The notes under the pieces were generated by a model. It was not told the DNA's origin and ran no database searches. It was given only the letters and a program-made list of their open reading frames with translations. Position numbers and translations under genes: made by a program. A DNA stretch of 64,000 nucleotides from NCBI GenBank assembly GCA_951406725.2, contig OX597821.1, forward strand, positions 31,744,001 through 31,808,000. Direction: 5' to 3'. Numbering within the stretch: the stretch's first letter is position 1; each line of letters begins with the position of its first letter. Of this stretch, positions 54,521 through 64,000 are shown piece after piece. The DNA is from Octopus vulgaris (taxonomy: Eukaryota).

Positions 54521-56058
54521 TGATCTACGTCACTGACGATGAGGAATTTATGTGCGTTGGTAGCTATATGGATAAAGGAGTATCAGAGTCTCGCTGTATT
54601 ATACACCGAAGAAACTGGCCCCTTTCCTCAGTCCCCATACTTTGTATCCCCAGAAATGATGGTAGATGAAGCTTTTGCGATCGGCATTCGAAATTTCAAA
54701 AAATATTTCCATCAGTTATCGCTCTATGTAGTATATTTCTATGGAGGTAAATTGCAAAAAGCACCACGCGTTTGGAGACAGTGATTGTTTTGAAGTTTCT
54801 GCTTGCATATATATGTTTACACTTAGTGCAGAAAATTTTTTTATATATTTATTGTATTTATGTTATGTAGAATAGGACACCCTATATTTATAGTATTTTG
54901 TGGGCTCTCAAAATATGGTTTGGTAGATAAACAGATTGTTTAGCTTGAACTTATGCCACTCTAGTGTGTACTGCAAAATAAACAGATGCTGAATGAATGA
55001 GAGAATATCGCATGTCAAATAAGAATGATTAAACTGGAGTGTTATAGGTGGATTCTTGGTGCCTAGACACAGTATAACTAGTGAGAGGAGGAAATACGGT
55101 CGAAATAACTACAGTTTTGTAGAGGGTGTGAAGATTTTTGGTAATGAGTTGAGTGTCACTATTTATCAAAATGATCGAATTTAATTATTTATTCGCTAGC
55201 CTTCTACTCATATCCCACCACACACATACACACAAGTATGTATGAAAGTATGTACATATAGATGCATATATACAAATATCTCACTTATACACACATATGT
55301 ATTTTCATATGCATGACTTTAATGAAAGCAAACAACTCTGGATTTCAGTATTTACACTTTGTTAAATGTGGTTTGAGATATAGATAAAACTTAGAAAATA
55401 ATCTGAGTTATTAAATATACAAGCAATATTGATTTGTTCTTACACCTGGTTTAAATGACTTAGGCAAAAATCAATAAATCAAAGAATCACGCTGAAAAAA
55501 CTTAAGCTATGCCATTGTCGAAGAGAAGGTATTTATTGATCTGGGATTTGCATTTAGAACAACAAATATAATACAGAAATATGTATACGTGAATGCTTCT
55601 ATATTTGAATGTGCATCTGCATATTTATTCCATGATTGTCTGTTTGTCACAGTAACGGACAAATCCATCAAAATCTCTCCACCCACCTGTCTCACTTTAT
55701 CTATGTGCACACGCACATTTGTGTATGTATGCATGTATTTATCTTCGTTTATACAAACAGAAGAAATGAGTTCATATCGATACATTGCGTGTATGTGCGT
55801 ATGTGCGTCTGTGTACGCATGTGTGTGTGCGTCTGTGCGTCTGTGTGTGTGTGCGCGTGTGTTTACATACGAATGTATGTATATCTTTACGAATACACAG
55901 TGAACAGTATATGTTGCCTCCTTATATATACACGCATAAATATATATACATGGAAATACATGCACAAACACACACACATAAATGAATTAACAAATTAATT
56001 AAATATGAGTGTACCTATCTGTATTTAAGTATAACTATATGTATGTGCATAGTTATGT

Positions 56059-56094
<36 letters not shown>

Positions 56095-56370
56095 TATGTA
56101 GGTATATATATATGTATATATATTTATATTTATATATATATACATGCGTACACACACATAAATACATGTGTGTGTGAGTATATGCGTACTTGCGTTGCCT
56201 ATGTATGTATAATTCTGTATGCAGTTACACCTAATGTGAGATTTTTAAAAAATCGGCGATGCACAAAGGGTACAAAGATACACAGTTATTGATATATCAT
56301 TGATATTTCCGTTTATCTCTATATTTCTAGAATGATTCATATAATAAAATAAGGTTGCTCAGTGCGTATG

Positions 56371-56429
<59 letters not shown>

Positions 56430-57124
56430 ATGTATGTATATAACGTGACAAGTTGATACGTATTTGGCATTAACTGGCGATGGAGAGTAGACGGAGGAAC
56501 TGTCATGTGCTGCAATAATTCATATTTATATTGAGAAATATGTTGTAGAATGCCCTGATTAATTTCAATGTGCCATTTTTTAAACAACATTTATTTCACC
56601 AACGTACTTTATTGCCTTTATATCTCATCACAAATAAGATTTTATCCTGTTTTTATTTAATTGAGAGTAAATACACTTCGTTAATAAATGATAATCATGT
56701 CACTTAATTTGAAACGTTAGTTTCTTTTTTTAAATTGTTCAAGAAAGTGATTATGTACATTAAATTTAAATGTCTTTGTTTCTATTATATATATTTTTTT
56801 AATAACACACTGTATGATTTCCAATTATACTTACAGTTGAATGTCGAAATTTGTGACGCCTTTACCTCCCTTCTTAATTCAGATTTACCTGTGCACAGAC
56901 AATTAAATATGCATTAAACCAACTTTTCTATCACTTGATTCAGGTAAATGAAAATGTATAATTGCTGATTCCTGCGTGGGTGTGTACGTCTTTATTGCGT
57001 GTGTAAGTCTTTATTACGTTCCACTATTTCCAGGTCACGTACTTATGGCCAGACCTATAGAAACGTTATTCTATATTGCAATATTTTGCAACATATTGCA
57101 ATGATAAAAAGTGATAACAACGTT

Positions 57125-57450
57125 CAGTCATGAATGACCATGGGATTGCACCTACAAAGTTACCTTTCAAGACACAAGTACGGACAAGCACGTTTAATAA
57201 CGGAGCAACAGTCAGCCAAGCATACCAGCCTTCCCTCCCCGCGCCACTGTTGTTATCTAAGGGAAAGGCAAAGTTTGATACAGCTTGGCACCAGTGACGT
57301 CACAAATAATTTCTACAGCTTAGTGAACTGGAGCAACGGAAAATGAAGTGTCTTGCTCAAGAATACAACACACAGCCCACTCCGGGAATCGAACTCACTA
57401 ACTCATGATTATGAAACCGATGCAATAACCACAGTGTCATACGCCTTCAC
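57125..57450 (-). mobile_element. tRNA-derived SINE
   Basis: Minus strand: gtgaaggcgtatgacactgtggtta..gagttcgattccc..ttcttgagcaagacactt. Confidence 0.75.
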
Positions 57451-58155
57451 AGGTATAATGTAGCTATGGCTACAGTATGCAAATTGTCCAACGTTATTTT
57501 GAGACAATATATTTTATGCTATTTTTTCAATAAAGTTAGTCTTTGAGCATTGGCCATACTGGAGCTCTCCGTCAAAAGTTTATATTTGATTCCATCGACC
57601 AATCACTGTGTTATGTAACAGTCGTCGATATCTGATCATGAGCGAGTCTTCCCATCATAAATGTATAAAATTCGGACAGAGTAAATACCATAAAATATAT
57701 TTGTGTAACTCATCGATTTACCAACAAATCCTTATAAATATGTACAAACACAGTAATATACACATACACACACGCACATACATAATTGTGTATATTTAGT
57801 CGGCTGTATCTATACGGGAGCCGATTGTAAACGCATACATACGTACGTAAGTACTATGTGTCTGTCTGCGTGCATGTATGAACTTAGATACACCGACTGT
57901 GGCGCAGTTATCATCAAGTAAATATCAATTTCAACTCACTGGTGAAACCGAACCCATTTTCGAGACCATTGCTCAAATTTGCTGCGCAGTGAAATCAAAC
58001 ACATATTCACGCAGTTGCAAAGCAAATTTCATAGGGATGTATGATTTTTCAAACATATGTGATAGGGTTTTCCACATGGCTGGTTAAAATTGTATGTTGA
58101 ATTTATTATAACAAAGACATCTTTTCTTTCATCTTCTATAAATACTCAATGATAT

Positions 58156-59213
58156 TGTTACGAGACTCCCAGAAAGCTTGCTACGGAATCCCACCTGCCG
58201 TCGCTCGAACTCGAACTCGGGATCTCAACAAGTCGAGCGACGACGATTGACCAGGCTCGAATCGATCGGCGAATGTTCGCCACGGAAACTCGGAGAGGAG
58301 AGAGAGACACAATGAAGGCAAGGCAATTGGCTACGTTAACAACTAGTTTATATGACTATTACAATTGTTACAACATCAATTACATATCAAGATACATCAA
58401 AGCATTTAAACATGCAAGTAACAACACATCAAATGCAATAACAACAGCATTTCAAGAGTACACGTCGAATTAAACAACAAGTCAATACATCATACCACAG
58501 ATCAAAGCATTTAAACTGTCCGGAGACAACAGTTCTGTTTCAAAACACATTAAAGGCATATACAATGTTCGTAGACAAATAAGTTCACGTTACAAATCAA
58601 TGTTGAATTCACAACAGTTCACATTGTTCATTAATTTCCTTTTTAACAACTCAGTACACAATGTCTTTACACATTTCAATACATCGATTCTTTTTCCTTC
58701 TCTTTTTCTTCTTTCTCTTTTTTTCGTAACACGTATCAATACAATTCTTTTTACATAAATACCACAACTCTTTCCTTCTTTTTCTTCACATATCAAAACA
58801 TAATTAAACACAAACAAAACTTTACCGGACGTTCCTTTTCCGTCTGCAACAATTTCAGACAATTACTACTGTGATTGCCAAGCCCTCTCGCTGCAGTTTC
58901 TTAGTTCCTTAACCCTCCCTGTCTTTCATCTGTCACAGCAGAAAACAACCTGTTACTTGCTCTGTCCTCGACTGACTCGTCTCTAGCAGAGTTTCCGGCC
59001 AACTGCTCGCCTTGAATCCCAAATCCTGACTGTCTCTCACACTCACAAACTGAACTGCTTACTTAAGGGGGCAGCCCTCAAAATGAACCCTCATTCACCC
59101 GAAGGGGTCGGGGAGTTTCCCCAGAGCTAATTAATCAACCCGCATCTGGCAGAACAATGGATTCATTGCCAAATGTAGGTCGCCGGCTCTGTCCTTAAGT
59201 TGAACTCACAACA
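58156..59213. mobile_element. Solo LTR (Gypsy-like) with a 4-bp TSD
   Basis: Termini TGTTACGAG...CTCACAACA. ATAT duplicated at 58152-58155 and 59214-59217. No coding region. Confidence 0.75.
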
Positions 59214-59290
59214 ATATATTTATAAAAAAACTGACAATCATCAGTAAATTTTCCCAATCATAAAAAAATAACTTAAACTTAAACTGAAAA

Positions 59291-59668
59291 AGGAGTGGCT
59301 GTGTGATGAGTAGCTTCCTTACGAACCACACTGTTCCGGGTTCGGTCCCGCCAAGTGTCTTCTACAATAGCCTCCGGCCAACCAAAGACTTCTGAGTAGA
59401 TTTGGTAGACGGAAACTGAAAGAAGCCTGTCGTATATATGTATATGTATGTGTTTGTGTGTCTGTATTTGTCCCCCCCACCCAACATCGCTTGACAACCG
59501 ATGCTGGATTGTTTACGTCCCCGTATCTTAGCGGTTCGGCAAAATAGAACGATAGAATAAGTACTAGGCTTACACAGAATAAGTCCTGGGGTCGATTTGC
59601 TCGACTAAAGGCGGTGCTCCAGCACGGCCGCAGTCCAATGAATGAAACAAGTAAAGAGTAAAGAGTAA
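59291..59668 (+). mobile_element. tRNA/CORE SINE copy
   Basis: Homologous to 46304-46724. Confidence 0.9.
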
Positions 59669-60023
59669 GACAAAACATTCCTGATTCTCCGTAAGAGACA
59701 GCATGCCCTTTAGGTTGTTAGAAATCATATAAATTAGATTAAGTTCCATGTTTACAAGTAACACTTTTGCATGGCTTGGAAAATATCTCCGTATAAAGCC
59801 ATACTACTTCTAAATACAGCATTCGTTAATAGCGATTCGACATGGCAATGACAAGTCACCATAAAACAACAGTAATATGACTTTTAATGGACATACAGAT
59901 ATACAGGGTGATGAAAGAATTGAATATAGAGAAACAGAATTGAGGACAGACACCGAGCAAAAGAATATATAAGAAAAAAACAGGAACGGCGTGAGCTCTC
60001 CGCATACGTTTGCACAAGTTAAA

Positions 60024-60608
<585 letters not shown>

Positions 60609-60635
60609 ATGTATGTATATATGTATGTATATATG

Positions 60636-60690
<55 letters not shown>

Positions 60691-61248
60691 ATGATGCACA
60701 CCTACAAATGTTTTTCTGTAAACATGTGTGTAGGGGTGTTTTGCGCATCTGTTTTTGTTCATATCTACACGCACATATTATATGGTTCCCTGTTTCTATA
60801 TGCGTTTGAAATTATAGCTTGAATTATGTATGCGCGTGTGCACAAATTTGAATGTACATGTTTGTGTGTGTGTGTGTGTGTGTGGTGTGGTGTGTGTGTT
60901 TGTGTGATATCCTGTAATTGCATGTGCATGATAGCTTGCATAATTGTATGTCTTATTTGTGTGCTTTTTCACTGTCTACGTAACTACAAAGTATGAAAAC
61001 AAAACGAGAGACAAGTCAAGATGGAATGTAGACAAGAAAATGAATAGAGCAAATATTGTTGCAGCTTCCAATTCCCAAACACCCACGTACCCATGCACAC
61101 ACAAACGCGTAATATATATATATACGTATATATACAATCATATATAAATATATATCCACAAACACACACACACTCATACACATATATACACACACATACA
61201 TATAAAAAGTGCCTCACAAACGCGCACACGTATACATGCACATTATAA

Positions 61249-61279
<31 letters not shown>

Positions 61280-61824
61280 GAAATAGATGCACTGATGAAA
61301 TAGATATCGATATCATAGGATGTAAAAGTCTTTGAAAATATTTTTTAAGAGGCCGTGAAAAATTCTATTGACTGTATCTGTTATAAGCACATCCGGTCAA
61401 CATGTCAAACCTTGTTCAGCTTCATATTTTAATACCTTCAACGAAAACATTAGTCGGCTCTACCAGTAGTAGCGGAATCGATTAATGCACTTCGACATTC
61501 ATTGCACGCTGGCCATCATCATTATTAGTACTGACTTCTTTTTATTTCCTATTTCATAGTCATGGTTTGTTTGTCGGCATTTTTTAAATGTTCCTACGTT
61601 TTCATTCTGTAATACCAAACATGAGAATAGTTGAAATATGAATATGCACGGGCGTGGACATTGCTTTATGGTTAGTACAGCTGTTTGCGACTACCGTATT
61701 CAGAGTTCGATTCCACGGTTTCATTACTTTGGCAAGTACATTGCATACTACATCTCTAGTGAAACACTACCTGGTTATATGTGTGTATGTGCGCGTCTAT
61801 AATAACATAAAAACATATATGTAT

Positions 61825-61906
<82 letters not shown>

Positions 61907-62254
61907 TTTATTATTCCATTAATTTATGATTTGCAACAAACGTAATCCATTTTGTACAATAAATAAACGCTACCAATAGTTTCATGCATTGGAGGCACGC
62001 ATCTAGGCAGGTCTTTATTTCAAACTTTATCTATCCAAACAAACTAGAGATCTGCTATTCAAGTTATTACACAGGACACTGGAACAAAAGACATTAGGAG
62101 AAAAAAATGGCAAGATGCAAATGGTGGAATGGTGAAAAATAAAAGGAAAATGAAATTTGTTATGTTAACCATAAAGGTATGAGTGATCGAGTCGTTCTAG
62201 AATACCTGAAACGGAGAGAAGTCCAAATCAGCGAGCAGGCTACTCAATGCAGAG

Positions 62255-62455
62255 AGGGTGGTGGCCTCCATTTCGCCCAAAACTGTTTGTCCATATGTTT
62301 GTATTTATTGAAAATTTCGGGTTTGGCATTCAGTAGTACGCTGGAAATCTCCAATCTAAAACCAATATGTGACATTTCAGCTTCACACAAGCTGCATTTC
62401 TTTGATCAATTAATATAAGGATTTTACACTTGATTGACTATGGTGTGCAGTTTGT
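62255..62455 (-). mobile_element. Penelope-like GIY-YIG C-terminal remnant
   Basis: NPYIN*SKKCSLCEAEMSHI..LLNAKPEIFNKYKHMDK resembles Y.N.SKRC.LCL.EK..I..LLN.R.E...KCRH..K. Confidence 0.55.
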
Positions 62456-63400
62456 TCCGAAACCCCATACAATGCGTGTTATAAAACCTACCTAGATTCG
62501 CATATCTAATGTATGAAATTGTTAGTAACTCGTACCTTTACACTCAGACAGACAACCATGCAGATACACACACATATATGCACTAGATGTGTATATGTTT
62601 GTTTTATAATGAATTGTATATCAGAACACAGCTCCAGAGAAATTAATTTCGCTTCACGTTTTACAGCTCTTTATATATTTTCAACATGCTGAATACATCG
62701 ATAAAATACATTTTGTAAAACGCACAAATTTAACAAGTAATGCCTGTTATTAGAATATTTTGTTAAAATCATGCGACGTATATTCGTGTATTTCTGCGTA
62801 GAATGATTCAGAAAAAAACTGTAGACTTAAATAATGCTGATTCGTTGGCGGCAAGCAAATTAAGAGCAAAATATCACTGACAAAACGTAAAACAATACAA
62901 CGCCCAAGGAATGCCAAGAAAATATTCTCCCATATTTATAATTTATTTATAGCTGATGTATTTTCTATTCTTCTGGAACATTCTATCACAAGTAGTATAT
63001 AACATTACTTTGCAAGCATTTATGTTGTATTTTGAAAACTAAGCTAGATATACAAGATGATAATTTTAAAAAAAAGAATGTTTCATCTTCGTTTTATTTT
63101 TTGCAGTTTTAAAAACATTCTTGGAGATGATATACAGTATAATCCTGCCCTGCAGGTTCCACGTACAACTTATTAGCGTTGTGTGTTTCTATTTGTCTAT
63201 ATATTTGAAATAAGACAAGTGAGTGCCCTATCTAATTTTCGAGTAGCTTTCACCTGGCCTAATATATGCTTAGTTCTGCATCTTCGAAAGGGCGGTAAAC
63301 TCCGTTCTACTAAATAACTGATAGGGAAGTAAAAGTGTATATTTGCCTGCGCAGTAGTGAAATAATAAAGAGATACGCCAACCACTACTTTCGTTCAAAT

Positions 63401-63720
63401 GAAGGCGTGTCGTTTAGTGATTAGGGTATTCGGTTTACAATCGTAAGGTTATGTGCTTGAGTATGGGAGGCGCGTCGAATGCTTGACTAAGGCATGATTT
63501 CCCGTTGCCTCAGTCCACCCAGCTGGCAAAAATAATTTGTACTTGTATTTGAAAGGCCGGGGTTTGTTGCTTTCTGTGTCACGCTGGTACTCTATGAGAA
63601 CTACGCGAAGCGTACGCGTATCTGTGGAGTGCTCAGCCATTTGTCCATCAATTTCCGGAGCAGGCTCTTCGCTGATAGAATTAACTGGAATACTCATCAT
63701 CGTAATCGACACAGAGCCAC
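63401..63720 (+). mobile_element. Degraded tRNA-derived SINE
   Basis: Head gaaggcgtgtcgtttagtgattagggtattcgg, central cagtccacccagctgg. Head resembles 57125-57450 and tail resembles 40460-40740. Confidence 0.6.
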
Positions 63721-63774
63721 GACGAGCGAATTTACTCTCTTCAAATCCCGTTATGAAAATAAAATTCAGAGTTG

Positions 63775-64000
63775 GGGATCCATAACGTAGAAACAGTGTG
63801 GCATTCAAAACTATTGTGTAAAATCTTCCTTTACTAAGTAGAGATCCAAAAATGAACCACATCCTAAAAACACACAAACTCATCAAATGCAAAAAGCAAG
63901 ACAAATCGCTAAAGAGACTACTAACAAATGTGAAGCTTTACAAAACATCCACGAAACCTACGGTTGAAATGTGGACGCCCAAACTGTGGAACCTGCCCCA
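63775..64000 (+). mobile_element. Penelope-like element RT-EN linker fragment running off the window
   Basis: NLPLLSRDPKMNHILKTHKLIKCKKQDKSLKRLLT then, after a frameshift, KCGRPNCGTCP (PLE zinc-finger linker). Confidence 0.75.

Noticed and set aside
54539-54784. 81-aa ORF with VDEAF, vaguely Harbinger-like
   Set aside because: A single short motif is insufficient support.
62150-62230. Hammerhead-like fragment aggtat...atacct-GAAA-cggagagaag-TC-caaat
   Set aside because: No recognisable CUGANGA core.

Overview
AT-rich eukaryotic DNA saturated with microsatellites and transposable elements. The SINE families suggest a cephalopod, probably Octopus (inference from recalled repeat families, not a database hit). 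Almost all ORF-track entries are microsatellite artefacts. Supported content: (1) three phase-compatible minus-strand exons (37758-37885, 28763-28908, 672-740) of a probably secreted host protein, separated by ~9 kb and ~28 kb introns; (2) many degraded TEs (tRNA-derived SINEs, CR1, RTE, R4/Dong, HERO, Penelope-like, Tc1/mariner/maT, Helitron-like, a solo LTR); (3) a possible degraded Polinton/Maverick-type capsid gene. The most striking signal is about 11 type I hammerhead ribozyme motifs, intact or degenerate, in short non-coding elements sitting at (TA)n tracts. Three unrelated elements (2221-4275, ~9440-10045, 23161-23436) share one architecture: two outward-facing hammerheads on opposite strands, two of them within fold-back inverted repeats. 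Coordinates and alignments were read by eye.
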